From: Candidatus Woesearchaeota archaeon
GTDB taxonomy: Archaea > Nanobdellota > Nanobdellia > Woesearchaeales > JABGUJ01
DNA length: 64,000 nt
Direction of reading: 5' to 3'
Assembly (NCBI GenBank): GCA_018646625.1
Contig: JABGUJ010000003.1
Coordinates: forward strand, 142,355-206,354
Positions 47,708 to 59,000 of the stretch are shown piece by piece. Under the pieces are notes generated by a model. The model saw only the letters and a program-made list of their open reading frames with translations, made no database searches and had not been told where the DNA came from. Made by a program: the position numbers and the translations under genes. Numbering within the stretch: the first letter of the stretch is position 1; every line of letters starts with the position of its first letter.

Positions 47708-48343
47708 TTATTTACTCTTAAACAAGTAAGCCAGCCAACCAATTAAAACAAAGAAACCTATAGCAACAACAGCAATCGCAATCCTAGTAGCATTATTCAT
47801 AGGACCAGACACACCCTCACCATCCTTGAACACATCAACACCAAAGAAAGTTTTCACAGTCAGATTTTTCTTATCTTCCTCTTCTTCAGTAACTACTTCT
47901 GTTTCCGCCTCATCCTCTTCATCTTCAACAACAGACTCATCATCATCTTCAGCAGTATCAATCTCAATTTCCAGACCGTCATCCGCATCTGTTTCATCTT
48001 CAAGCTCTTCTTCATCTTCATCCTCAGAAGCCTCATAAGTAAACTCACAATCATTAGAGATTGGTTTTCTTATTATCTCTTTACCTAACTTAACAATAAC
48101 ACAAACGCCGTTATAGCCAGCATCATGCGCCTCATCCATATACTCACCAGACTTAGTGTTAGTAGCAGCTAACCACTCATGACCTTCAACTAAACAAGAC
48201 TCATAGTAGTCAGCATCCTCACAATCCGCATCACAGTTACAATAATCTTCAGAATCAGGTATATCAATATCAAAATCCGCAGCACAAACTACAAAAGAAC
48301 AAAGAACAATCAACAACCCAATAAAAAATACCTTACTACTCAC
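47708..48343 (-). CDS. secreted, C-terminally membrane-anchored acidic protein
   Basis: Signal peptide, Cys-containing N-terminal domain, poly-Glu/Asp tract and C-terminal TM IAIAVVAIGFFVLIGWLAYLF. Confidence 0.5.
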   Translation of the reverse strand: MSSKVFFIGLLIVLCSFVVCAADFDIDIPDSEDYCNCDADCEDADYYESCLVEGHEWLAATNTKSGEYMDEAHDAGYNGVCVIVKLGKEIIRKPISNDCEFTYEASEDEDEEELEDETDADDGLEIEIDTAEDDDESVVEDEEDEAETEVVTEEEEDKKNLTVKTFFGVDVFKDGEGVSGPMNNATRIAIAVVAIGFFVLIGWLAYLFKSK

Positions 48344-48344
48344 T

Positions 48345-50237
48345 TTAAATACCGTTAGCTTTCAAAATCTGACGATAGATCTTCTGATTACCTTTCCAGT
48401 CTAATGCTACTTTAAGCACTTCAACTATATTAGTTACCGGAACCAGTTTAATCTTCTTTAAATCATCTTTATCAATCACAATATCAGCCATATTAGATTT
48501 AGGAACAATAACTATCTCAATACCAGCATCAATTGCCGCATCAACTTTAGCACTCACACCACCTACAGGTAAAACTTCTCCTCTAACAGATAAACTACCA
48601 GTCATAGCAATGTTCTGCTTAATTGGAATATTCTTAAAGGCAGAAATAACTGTAGTAGCAATTGCCACCGATGCCGAATCACCTTCAACACCTTCATAAG
48701 TCTGCAAGAACTGAACATAAATATCATATTTTTCTTTAATATCTTCACCAAAGTATTTCTTAATAATTGCAGAAACATTTGTAACCGCTTCTTTAGCAAT
48801 GTCCCCTAATTTACCTGTAGCAATAATATTATTTTCTTTACCACCAGGCGCAACCGCAGATTCAATAGGTAACAATATTCCTGAAAATGCACTTCCACCA
48901 CCAATAACGGCCAATCCATTAACTCTACCAACCTTATGACCTTTAGTAACAATAACTTCATACTCTTTTTTTCGTTCAATATGTTTATCAGCAATTTGCT
49001 GTTCCAATGGTCGAGCAATCTTTTTTGCTTTAATCACATGCTCCTTCTCAACCAACTTAGCATTCATTTCTTTTGCAACATCTCCCGCAGCTCTAACCAA
49101 ACCACCCAGCTCTCTCAATCTAACAGTTAAATGTTTTTTACGATTAGCCATTTTTTGTGCTTGAATAATCATATACTCTACTGCTGCTCGACTGAAATGA
49201 GGAGTTTTTTTGTCTTTATTAACTTCCTGCGCTACAAAAACCGCAATTTTATAACGATTCTCAAGAGTGTCCTTCATAGTTTCATTCATGAAAACTTCAT
49301 AACCATATCCTCTGATTCTAGATCTCAAAGCAGGATGCATATGTTTTATTGTTTCAATATTACCTGCCGCAACCATAACAAAACTACAAGGCACCGGTTC
49401 AGTTCTAACCATTGCACCAGCACTTCTCTCACTCTGACCAGTAATAGAATATTTCCCTTCTTGCAACGCAGTCAGTAACTCTTGTTGAGTATGCGGTTGT
49501 AAAGTTGCAATTTCATCTACAAACAATACACCCATATGCGCTTTATGAATCATTCCTGCAACTACCCTTTCATTCGCAGGCGTACCCAAACCACCAGATT
49601 GAAATGGATCGTGCAAAACATCACCTAACAATGCACCAGCATGAGCACCGGTTGCATCTAAAAACGGAATTTTATCCTTCTTAAAATTATCAACAATGGA
49701 TTTTGGCGCATTTACCTTAGTATTGCTCATCTTCTTACCAAAGTTCAAAAACAGCATGAATCCAACAATAAACACCATGCCAGTTATCATTGACGCAGCA
49801 TAAATAACATCAGAAAACGCTCCAGTTTTCCAAAAATAATAAGGCAATAAAGTCACAGCAACTGCAACAATTATTAAGAAAATAGTTTGATTTTTGAAAC
49901 TTGCCATTGATTGCATTTTAGCATTTGCAACCAGCTCCCTACCTTTACCTGCAGGCACAGATCTTATCAATGGTTGGTTTTCATCATTAGGATTAGGAAA
50001 TGAAACTAAGTCTACTAATTTTTCTTTAGGCAACAAATCTGCAAGAGCCAAACCCAACATACTTTTACCAGTACCAGGTTCACCAATCAACAACACATGC
50101 CTTCTTTGCAATGCAGCTTTTTTAACTATCTCGACTGCAGATTCTTGGCCAATCACTTGCCCAATAATCTTATCTGCAACTTTAATCTGAGAAGTATCCT
50201 TAAACTTGTGCCTACCAAACATACTAAAATAACACAC
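48345..50237 (-). CDS. lonB: archaeal membrane-bound ATP-dependent Lon protease (LonB)
   Basis: Walker [13 protein letters not shown], two TM helices inserted in the AAA+ domain, and a C-terminal Lon proteolytic domain with the Ser-Lys dyad region (MTGSLS...). Confidence 0.9.
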   Translation of the reverse strand: MCYFSMFGRHKFKDTSQIKVADKIIGQVIGQESAVEIVKKAALQRRHVLLIGEPGTGKSMLGLALADLLPKEKLVDLVSFPNPNDENQPLIRSVPAGKGRELVANAKMQSMASFKNQTIFLIIVAVAVTLLPYYFWKTGAFSDVIYAASMITGMVFIVGFMLFLNFGKKMSNTKVNAPKSIVDNFKKDKIPFLDATGAHAGALLGDVLHDPFQSGGLGTPANERVVAGMIHKAHMGVLFVDEIATLQPHTQQELLTALQEGKYSITGQSERSAGAMVRTEPVPCSFVMVAAGNIETIKHMHPALRSRIRGYGYEVFMNETMKDTLENRYKIAVFVAQEVNKDKKTPHFSRAAVEYMIIQAQKMANRKKHLTVRLRELGGLVRAAGDVAKEMNAKLVEKEHVIKAKKIARPLEQQIADKHIERKKEYEVIVTKGHKVGRVNGLAVIGGGSAFSGILLPIESAVAPGGKENNIIATGKLGDIAKEAVTNVSAIIKKYFGEDIKEKYDIYVQFLQTYEGVEGDSASVAIATTVISAFKNIPIKQNIAMTGSLSVRGEVLPVGGVSAKVDAAIDAGIEIVIVPKSNMADIVIDKDDLKKIKLVPVTNIVEVLKVALDWKGNQKIYRQILKANGI

Positions 50238-50338
50238 CTATCACTTTTTAAAGGTTTCGACTAAAAGAAACAAAGATATAATCAATTAAAACTAAAAACA
50301 ATGTTTATAAACTTACCCCCGTTTAGTAAACATTCAAG

Positions 50339-52156
50339 ATGGTTGCTCAAGACCAAAAAGAGGTGGTCCGTGTAAAAGAGCTACTTTACATCTTCTTAAC
50401 AATATTAATTATCATCGCAATTCTTTTTGGAGTTCTCGTTCTATATGATAAAGCAAGAGATATTTTTCAAGGCTCAGAACAAGAAAACTCAGCGGACAGC
50501 GAAAGTGGAAAAGCATTTCCTGACGAAAAAGCCAAAGAATACTATGACAAAGAAAGCAAAGAAACTTTCTATTATGATGAAAAAAGTGGACTATACTACA
50601 ACAAAGAAGGTAAATCAATAGATATTGAAGACATAAAACAACAGCTTGTAGAAACAGAAGGGGAAGTACTCGGTACGACTACTACTTCAACACCTGGAAC
50701 AACAGATACACCAGGAACTGCTGCCGCTTCAACACTCGGAGCACCTTCTAATCCCGACACACCTGGGACAACGGACACACCAGAAGCAACACCTCCTGGT
50801 CCAGACACACCTGAAACAAGTGATGCGCCAGGCACACACGAAGATCCCCTTCCAGACACTCCAGCTCCTGATGCAGATCCAGAACCCGGAGTATCAGCAG
50901 AAGAAACACCGGATACAGAAACAGAATGCACAGACAGTATAGATAATGATGAAGATGGATTACTCGACACAATAGATGATGATTGTAGAGGCCAATATTG
51001 CGATACAGGAAAAGTATGGATTTGGAGTCACATAGCAGGAGAAGATTACGATACCGCACCTCCTGAAAATGAAGATGAAGAAAGAAGAATTGGGTGTTGT
51101 GAAGTCAATGAATGTATTACAGCATCAGGAACATGTTATCCTTTCGATATGCCACTCAGCCCTGGTTGGATTTGTGGAAGCTTTAACAGATGGAAAGAAT
51201 GTACAAGTTCTAAAATAAACTCAGTAAGCGACGGTGGAGACTATTTGTGTACAGGATCCCAATGGACTTCTTATGAAGATACTGAAACTCAATGTGATGA
51301 TAATTTAGACAATGATAATGATGGCGAAATTGATGAAATAGATTCCGACTGCAGAGGCACGCAATGCAGTAAAACTGGAAAAACTTGGATCTGGAGTTAC
51401 TTACCAGGTCAAAATCAAGATTTACCACCGCCCGCCACAGGAAGCGACAGAAGAATTGGATGTTGCAGTAACGATGAATGTGTAAACATTGATGGAGAAT
51501 GTGTAGATTATGATACAGAATACTCAGACACATACATCTGTGGTAACAACAACAACTGGGACGTTTGTTCAATAAAAACACCAAATAAAGATAGCGACGG
51601 AGGAAGTTTTGTATGTCGAGGCAACCCTGCAAGATGGGGCGTACAAGAACAATTCTTCGAAACAAGCTGCGACGATAACTTTGATAACGATGGAGATGGA
51701 GGAGCAGATGAATACGATGGAGATTGCGTAGGAGAAACATGCGCTCCAGGAAAAGTATGGACTTGGAGTTATCTTTTCAGATACAATCCATCATACAATC
51801 AATGGTGGCAAGACAGCGGAGAAGGAGATTCAGGCACATCTTACCAAATGTCAACCCTCACAAGACATTATTATCCACCACAAGAATCTGGCGGAGACAG
51901 AAGAATAGCATGTTGTGAACCAGATGAATGTGTAAACCTCGATGGTGAGTGCAAACCAGCATTCAGCACATACTTCGACAATCCGTCATGGTTATGTCGA
52001 GACTACTCTAAAGGCAACCATTGGTTCAAATGCGATCTAGGATCAAATACTGAAACATTCGAAGGTCAAAGAGGATCTTTCGATGCAACAGCACACTGTG
52101 TATCAAACACCTGGGGAACAGAAACCGAATGGGAATTTGGACTTGCAATGCCTTAA
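50339..52156 (+). CDS. membrane-anchored extracellular protein with Thr/Pro-rich linker and three tandem Cys/Asp-rich modules of about 120 aa
   Basis: N-terminal TM, (TPGTTDTPGT)n linker, then three repeats of C-[DT]D-x-[IL]DND-x-DG-x-D-x-D-x-DC-x-G...GK-x-W-x-WS...RRI[GA]CC...EC[VI]N-x-DGEC. Confidence 0.6.
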   Translation: MVAQDQKEVVRVKELLYIFLTILIIIAILFGVLVLYDKARDIFQGSEQENSADSESGKAFPDEKAKEYYDKESKETFYYDEKSGLYYNKEGKSIDIEDIKQQLVETEGEVLGTTTTSTPGTTDTPGTAAASTLGAPSNPDTPGTTDTPEATPPGPDTPETSDAPGTHEDPLPDTPAPDADPEPGVSAEETPDTETECTDSIDNDEDGLLDTIDDDCRGQYCDTGKVWIWSHIAGEDYDTAPPENEDEERRIGCCEVNECITASGTCYPFDMPLSPGWICGSFNRWKECTSSKINSVSDGGDYLCTGSQWTSYEDTETQCDDNLDNDNDGEIDEIDSDCRGTQCSKTGKTWIWSYLPGQNQDLPPPATGSDRRIGCCSNDECVNIDGECVDYDTEYSDTYICGNNNNWDVCSIKTPNKDSDGGSFVCRGNPARWGVQEQFFETSCDDNFDNDGDGGADEYDGDCVGETCAPGKVWTWSYLFRYNPSYNQWWQDSGEGDSGTSYQMSTLTRHYYPPQESGGDRRIACCEPDECVNLDGECKPAFSTYFDNPSWLCRDYSKGNHWFKCDLGSNTETFEGQRGSFDATAHCVSNTWGTETEWEFGLAMP

Positions 52157-52230
52157 TTATCCGAGAATTCTAGAAACTTTTCGAAAACTAACGAAATAAT
52201 AATTTATAGACAAAACCACTATAAAGATTA

Positions 52231-52575
52231 ATGCAAGAAAAGACCTTGTTAAGAATCTCATTAATAACTACAGCAGTAGGCATTCTCTTACTATACATAT
52301 TATCGCAATACTCTCAACCAGAACTAGTACAACCATACACTCTAACAAATAGTGACTTAGGAAACAAAGTTTTAGTTCAAGGAAATATAGGATCAGTAAA
52401 ACAATACGGCAACACAACCATAATTAAAGTATCAACAAATGATCAAATTCAAGTTGTACACTTTCAACCATTAAAATTTTCATTAAACAAAAACGAACAA
52501 ATAGAGGTCATAGGCACAGTACAAAAACACAAAGGAGAATATCAACTAATAAGCGATGAAATACGCATAATATAG
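52231..52575 (+). CDS. membrane-anchored OB-fold-like protein, hypothetical
   Basis: N-terminal TM followed by a beta-rich segment resembling tRNA_anti-like OB folds. Weak call. Confidence 0.4.
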   Translation: MQEKTLLRISLITTAVGILLLYILSQYSQPELVQPYTLTNSDLGNKVLVQGNIGSVKQYGNTTIIKVSTNDQIQVVHFQPLKFSLNKNEQIEVIGTVQKHKGEYQLISDEIRII

Positions 52576-52650
52576 CCATACAGAGCTTGAAAACAAACAC
52601 AAAGCAAGTAGAAAACTTTATAAAGGACCCCAAAATCCATCATTCTGAAA

Positions 52651-52908
52651 ATGGAAGGCACAATAGTAAACTTTAGATCAAGCGTAACACGCCAAACAGG
52701 CAACCAGATGATAGTTTCAGTACCTGGCATAGAAAGCAGAGAAAAAGCTACTGGACTTGTAGGTAAAAATGTTGTATGGACAACTCCTGCAAAGAAAGAG
52801 ATCAAAGGCGAAGTTAGATCTGCACATGGCAATAAAGGTGCTTTAAGAATTCTTTTCGAAAAAGGAATGCCTGGTCAAGCAATTGGACAGAAAGTCAAAT
52901 TCGCTTAA
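52651..52908 (+). CDS. rpl35ae: 50S ribosomal protein L35Ae
   Basis: 85-aa protein. GNQMIVSVPGIES...GKNVVWTTPAKKEIKGEV...HGNKGALRILFEKGMPGQAIGQKV fits the L35Ae family throughout. Confidence 0.8.
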   Translation: MEGTIVNFRSSVTRQTGNQMIVSVPGIESREKATGLVGKNVVWTTPAKKEIKGEVRSAHGNKGALRILFEKGMPGQAIGQKVKFA

Positions 52909-53218
52909 ACTTAACGATTTTTACAATCGTATTCTTATTTACTTCAGCACTATAATATTTAGAATAAGCCTCGTACATTTCATCATCAGATTCAAACTTC
53001 TCATGACCTTCCCAATCATCATCAGTTAAATCCCTAAACGCAACTTCCCTAATCGCAACAATCTCCGCATTTGCAAATTCCTTACCATCTTGTTTGCAAA
53101 TAAAAGTTAACTTATCACCTTGTTGCAAATCTTTATCATCAAACAATCTCCAAGTTGTTGTCTTGGAACCATCAAGAACTAAAGGGACTAAATTCTCAAA
53201 AAATTTCAAAGTCTTCAT
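52895..53218 (-). CDS. ASCH-domain (PUA-like fold) protein
   Basis: N-terminal MKTLKFFENLVPLVLDGSKTTTWR matches the ASCH N-terminal beta-strands with a GxKxxExR-like motif. Confidence 0.5.
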   Translation of the reverse strand: MKTLKFFENLVPLVLDGSKTTTWRLFDDKDLQQGDKLTFICKQDGKEFANAEIVAIREVAFRDLTDDDWEGHEKFESDDEMYEAYSKYYSAEVNKNTIVKIVKFKRI

Positions 53219-53874
53219 CTTTTAACACCATCACCCATTGCATTAGCAAAAGAGTCCGTTTCCCTCCTAACTTCAGTTTCTTCTTTCAATTCTTCAGAAT
53301 GCAACGCTTTTTCTTTCTTAATCAAACCAGCCACTTCAATATCAACATGTTTCTTCTTAGAAAAATGAGATATTTTATCATGTAACAATTTACCATACTC
53401 ATCACAAGAATTTGCAAACTTTGTTAACACAGAAGCATCCGCATTAAATTCCGGCCGCGCAACCATTTGCAACATCGTTCTCAATAAAGACTCTTGCATA
53501 TCCAAATCTTTTTTAATATGTAAATCACAATCAATTTCTTCTTTAGTATCAGTAATAAGTTTTTCCTCTACATGCTCTTCAGCTCTCTCAGTATTCAAAA
53601 CTCTCCCTTCATCTTTAAGTTCTCTACCAAATTCTACTCTTATCAGTTCACCAACTCTGGTCTTATCTCTCTGTTCAGCAGCTTCCTCTCTCAACAACTC
53701 GTTAACAGCTTTTTCTCTAGTATGAATTAACTTACCTTCATGCTTTGCAATCTTTTTACGCAAACCTTCAAGTTTTTTCTCAGAATCAACAGTCTTAGCG
53801 ATAATTAAACTTTGTGCTCTAATTATATTTAACAAGTACTCAACAACAGATTTAACCTTGGCTACATCGATCAA
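53215..53874 (-). CDS. coiled-coil protein, last gene of the giant-protein gene block
   Basis: 219 aa, highly charged and heptad-rich. Its start overlaps the upstream gene's stop by 4 nt. Confidence 0.5.
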   Translation of the reverse strand: MIDVAKVKSVVEYLLNIIRAQSLIIAKTVDSEKKLEGLRKKIAKHEGKLIHTREKAVNELLREEAAEQRDKTRVGELIRVEFGRELKDEGRVLNTERAEEHVEEKLITDTKEEIDCDLHIKKDLDMQESLLRTMLQMVARPEFNADASVLTKFANSCDEYGKLLHDKISHFSKKKHVDIEVAGLIKKEKALHSEELKEETEVRRETDSFANAMGDGVKR

Positions 53875-54983
53875 GCACGCGCACCTCGCATACCGTGTGC
53901 CAAATTAATTGCATCAATTAAATCTCTTTGACTATGTATCTCAGAATTTCTAAACTCTTTTTGTACATCAGGTAGTCTTGCAACCTCATCAATTGCCTGT
54001 ATAGCTTGGGCCTTAGGCATATGACTAATTAGCTGAGCCAGATCTCTATACCCGTTCTCAGAAAGATCGTCTCTAAGTTGTGCGGCTCTTGACTGAAGAC
54101 GATTAGCCACATCACGATCAATATTCAAATGTTCCGGACCACCTTTTGCTTGCGCCCTTGCCACATCACTTATCCTATGCAAATAATCATAAGCTTTTCT
54201 TTCGCCCGGCAAATACTTTTCAAACCATCTATCCTTTTCAATATTGTTTAATTGATGTTTGTCAACTAAATCTTCATAATTACCAACATTTTTTTCTTCT
54301 TTCGCCGCTGACCCTTCTTTAAACCTTAATTTACTTAAAGTATTTCCAATCTTCGCTCTCTCACCTTTTGCTTGCCTAATACTAAATTTACCAAGACCTC
54401 TAACTAAAGTAATAACTCCAATTATCAAGAACACAATTGCAAATGCAAACAAAGCAGGAGTATCCGTCAACACAGCAGTAGCCGCAGAAGCAAACGCCGT
54501 CGCTAAGAAAGTTTTCTTCAGATCTCCTTTAAAATATTTATACATCCATAATGCAAACAAAACCACTAAACAACTTGCGAATAAATAAGCATAATCTCCC
54601 AGAAAAGGTTTCATGATTCCAGCAACAGTCTTATCTCTATTAGAATATCCAAATCCTAACACCGCCAACATAGAAACTGACACAGCCAACATCTTACCAT
54701 AGCCACTAAGTCCCATCGCCCCGCCACCTTGGAACATCTTTATTTTAGAAATTGCCGAAGCAAGTATAGCATAAAGAATAAGATACATAAAAATTATTAA
54801 CAAAAAGAATGCAACCCATTGATTAGTCAAAACATCATGGATCATACCAGAGAAACCTTTCATCCCGTCAGCAAAACCATCCCAACTAGGAATAAAACCT
54901 ACTTGATCGCTAAGGGCAACTACACCAGGTAACCCTAAAAGAAACAGAACTACTAAAACCAAACACCTCTTTTTCTCTAACAT
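53871..54983 (-). CDS. polytopic membrane protein (signal/anchor plus 5-6 TM) with C-terminal soluble helical domain
   Basis: 370-aa ORF. The hydrophobic N-terminal two-thirds is followed by a charged helical tail. Confidence 0.55.
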   Translation of the reverse strand: MLEKKRCLVLVVLFLLGLPGVVALSDQVGFIPSWDGFADGMKGFSGMIHDVLTNQWVAFFLLIIFMYLILYAILASAISKIKMFQGGGAMGLSGYGKMLAVSVSMLAVLGFGYSNRDKTVAGIMKPFLGDYAYLFASCLVVLFALWMYKYFKGDLKKTFLATAFASAATAVLTDTPALFAFAIVFLIIGVITLVRGLGKFSIRQAKGERAKIGNTLSKLRFKEGSAAKEEKNVGNYEDLVDKHQLNNIEKDRWFEKYLPGERKAYDYLHRISDVARAQAKGGPEHLNIDRDVANRLQSRAAQLRDDLSENGYRDLAQLISHMPKAQAIQAIDEVARLPDVQKEFRNSEIHSQRDLIDAINLAHGMRGARA

Positions 54984-55034
54984 TTGACGCCTTAAAAAAG
55001 TATAAAATAAAGAAAATAAAAAAAGAAAAGGAAA

Positions 55035-55976
55035 TTACCTTTTCGCTTGTCTTTCTTCTCTCCTCATGATCTGCTCATAAGTATGAGTGTTTTGTTTAAC
55101 TTCGTGCAACTTACCATCAAGTTGTTTTAAGATATCGTCAGGGAACCCTTGATGCCCCAAACCTTTAAGCACGTCACCAGCTTCTTTCAACATACCTTTA
55201 TGTTTAAAGTGAGCACTCGTTGCATAAACAAACAGCTTATACAAAGCATCGAACACATAAGTAACATCTTCTTTCAATTTCTTAGCAACAGTCAACAAAT
55301 CAGTAAGCTCTTTCTGCAATTCAGTAAAGTCTTGAGTAGATAGCTCTTTTTTCTTCAGAGTTGCTTGTAGTGCTTGAACATCTTTTGCCATATCAGCCTC
55401 AAGATCTCTCTCAATTTTTGCACCTTGTCTAACTTCCCTAGCAGCTTTCCTCTCCTTCATCTCACCTTGAATGTTATACTGAGCTAACCTTGCAGAAACA
55501 CCTTCCCAACCCATCTTTGCTTGCCATGCAAGACCATAGATCTTCTGGATTTTTTCTTTACAAACATTATGAGCTTCATCTAATGCGACCTTTACTGCCT
55601 TAGCTTTCGCCACCAGATCTTTTTTATGATTAGCATCTAGACCTTTATGCCCTTCTAGCATTTTGTTTAATTTTCCATCAAAGGCTTCATCGTCTTCAAT
55701 ATCATGAAGAAATCTGTTTTCAATAACAGCCATATTTTCTTCACTTTCAAAATCAAACTTAAACAATTTATCAAGATCTTTCTCAAGAGCATCAACATCT
55801 GCCTGAACCTTAACCACACTACCAATTTGAGTATCGGCTTTCAGTTGAGCAATCTGTTCTTTATACTCTCGTTCAATATCTTGCTTAGCTTCAACAATCT
55901 TAAGAATTCTATTACCTAAATTCTTAGATGAAGCAAACATATGAGAAACTTTTGCTTTGAATAAATCTAATACCAT
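55035..55976 (-). CDS. coiled-coil protein, possibly PspA/ESCRT-III-like
   Basis: 313 aa. The N-terminus MVLDLFKAKVSHMFASSKNLGNRIL loosely resembles the PspA/Vipp1 N-terminal amphipathic helix. The rest is long heptad helices. Confidence 0.5.
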   Translation of the reverse strand: MVLDLFKAKVSHMFASSKNLGNRILKIVEAKQDIEREYKEQIAQLKADTQIGSVVKVQADVDALEKDLDKLFKFDFESEENMAVIENRFLHDIEDDEAFDGKLNKMLEGHKGLDANHKKDLVAKAKAVKVALDEAHNVCKEKIQKIYGLAWQAKMGWEGVSARLAQYNIQGEMKERKAAREVRQGAKIERDLEADMAKDVQALQATLKKKELSTQDFTELQKELTDLLTVAKKLKEDVTYVFDALYKLFVYATSAHFKHKGMLKEAGDVLKGLGHQGFPDDILKQLDGKLHEVKQNTHTYEQIMRREERQAKR

Positions 55977-56077
55977 CTCTACTCACCTTCTTTTCCTATT
56001 TAATTAACCTAATCAACCTCTTTTTCCCATTAAAGTGCTTATGAGCATATATAAGCTTTGTGGTGTCAGTATTTAAG

Positions 56078-59000
56078 CTACCTACCAACCGCAGCTCTTG
56101 TTTGAGGAGGCGGAGGAGGTGGAGACCCGCCACCTTTGGTTCTTTCCATCTCTTCAATCAACCTATCTATCTGCGAAACATTATCACCAAGATCTTCTCC
56201 AGTTGCTTCAGTAATAACTCTACGATATCTTGAATCTCCCGCACCAACCATGCCATCTAATTTAGGAATCTTACCTATCAAATCATAAAGCGCTAAGTGA
56301 ATCTCTTTCAACTTAGTTGCAGTAACCGCATGTTCAATATTTCCTTTAGCTTCATTTATTAGTCTCCTAACTGATTTCTTAACTCCACCTTTGTTAGATT
56401 TATTAGCCTTAATCAACTGATCAGCAAACACGAGTAATCTATCTTTATAATGGCGCAATCTATCTGCTTTAGCACTTGAATCACGGCCTCTTTTTTTAGA
56501 CCTGGCTTCCCTCTCGAAATCTCTCTCAGTATTTAAAGAATCTTCAGCAGCATTGATATGTTCAATCAGACCAGAAGCCCATTGATCTTCCTGAACCCGC
56601 CTGTTAAGCTCCTCACCTTGAGGAAAACTAGCTAAATGTTCGCGGAGTTTCTGTCGCTCTTTTCTGTAAGCTTCAGCTATCTGGAAAGCCTTTAATTGAT
56701 TTTCATGCCAAAGCTGTGCTTGACTTGCTTCCCATTCAGCAAGTTCATCATCTCTTTCAGGAGCAGCCATAGGTTTTCCGCTATTAGTACCGCTACCGAC
56801 GACAGTTTGTCCTTTGAAATAACCAGGTATTGCACCTATCAAGTCAAAGATCATCATCTTACATTCAACAAAATCTTTGTTTCTTTGAACATTGTCCACT
56901 TTAGCCTTCAACTCATTAAGATGTGAATGCACATCACTCGATGAACACTCACCCTTACCAGGTAATCTCCAACCAGTTGCTTTTCTTCTAACAGCAATAT
57001 CTAAATTCTTTTGTAACTGATCTATCTGAATTCTTAAAAGAGCAGCTTGTCGATTCAAATCCATCTTTCGGTGCGAAGATTTGTTATCAATTTTCTGTCT
57101 TCGATCATCCCTTTCGATATCTCTTACAGATTTAATTGATTCAGGATTTAGTTCAACATCTCGTATATAATCAACAAGATCATCAAGTTTTGCTTCAGCT
57201 TTTGCAAGTGCTTCGAACTCAGCAAAACCATCGTCATGACCTTTTTTATCATCATGCATATGTTTAACTTTCTCTTGTTCTTTTGCGATAGTATCAGCAA
57301 TCTCTCGAGTAATTCTTTGATATTCTTCCCATTCCCAGTTAATTTGATCCCAAACTTCTTTATTCTCTTGAGCAGTCTCGCCTTCTTTAGGTAACTTCAC
57401 CCTCTTAGCAGCACCAGCACCAACAGGAACCTGTCCCTTGAAATAACCAGGTATTAAACAGATTAAATCAAATATCAACAATTTACAGTAAACAAATTGA
57501 GAAGGTTTTGCAACTTTTGGAATAAGAACCTTTAGCTCAGCAAGTTTTTTGTCAATTGCCTTATTATCCATCTTAGCCTTATTTCTTCTAGCCAAGCCAT
57601 AATTCTTAGTCAATTGATCAAATTGAATTTTCAACTGTTCTCTCTGTTGAGAAAAGCGATTATGTCTTTTGCTCTTCTCAATATCATTAGATCTTTGACG
57701 CTTCAGATAAGCTTCTTCTCTCTCAGCCTTTTCAACAGATGCATCCCAGCCAGAAGGTACGTGTCGTTTATCCTCTTCAAATAAACCAGAAGATTCCATC
57801 TCAACCATATGATTGTAAAGTTTCTCTACTTCAAGCATTTTCGAGATTAACTCTCTCAATACTCTTCTAGGGCCTCTCATGTAACCATGTTGAAGTAATC
57901 CAGTATCTTTATCAAACTCCTCATGGAAAAACTTCTCACCTAATTTCCAAAGAGGAAGAGCATAAGCTGAAGTAAACCAATCTTCTTTTAATTTCTGAAC
58001 CCATTTACCATGAACAGGTTCAGAAACACCAGCCACCAAACCAACAATATCATAGTGAATAAAATAATTAGTAATATACGCAGGGTCCTTTCCAATTTTA
58101 CCAGCCATTCCTGATTTAGGATTTTTCAACTCACGAGCATATCTCTCAAAGATTAATTGTAAATGCTTAACAATCCAACCAGCCTCTAAATTAGATTTGA
58201 ACTCAATATTAATTTCTTTCAACAGCTTAGTAAATTTATCATATGCCTTATCAAATTCTTGCACTCTTTCTGGATAAAGTACATCGGCTGCTTGATCGAC
58301 TTCAATTTTAATTGCACGCAGTCTCGACCTCAATGCAGGTTGACCTTCCGAACCCCACATAAGAGCTTGATATCTTACTTGTACTAAAGACAAAGGATAT
58401 CTCTTAACATTATTGTAAAGTAATCCCCAATCATAACTCCAAGCACCACTTACATGATCCGCATGTTTAACAGGGCTTAACTGATAACATGCTTTAATCA
58501 AAGCCATAGCTACATTAATATCTTCTTCAGGTTTCTGCAACAATGCAAGTGCCTGTTCTAATGAATTTACTTCACCTAAATCAATCTTATCTAACTTATC
58601 TATTATGACTATGTGGAAATTTAATTTATCAGCACCTTGTTTACTTTGATCAGACAACTCAATACTATAATTTCCAGGTTCTAACTTAGCCAGTTCTTCA
58701 GGAGTAAAGAATGTATGTTCAAAACTATAAGGAGGTAACTGCCCTTCAAAAGACGAAACAAAATCTCCTGAACCAATATGAGCACTCAGCATACGTGTCT
58801 TCAAGGGCAAATTCTTTGGTGCTTTCAACTCCCACAACACTTTGCTATCAGGAGGGAAACTAGTCATTGCACCTTCAAGAGTTAAACCATCTTTACCCTT
58901 CAACAACAAAAAGGTGTGTTTTTCTCTAAGATCTTTATCTTCAGGTATTGCTTTACCATTTATGGTTAAGATTGTAAGATTATGTTCACCAGCAGTCAAC

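Noticed and set aside
47826-48038. 70-aa Ser-rich plus-strand ORF inside the acidic anchored protein gene
   Set aside because: It is the antisense translation of a GAA/GAT-rich acidic tract, a classic artefact.
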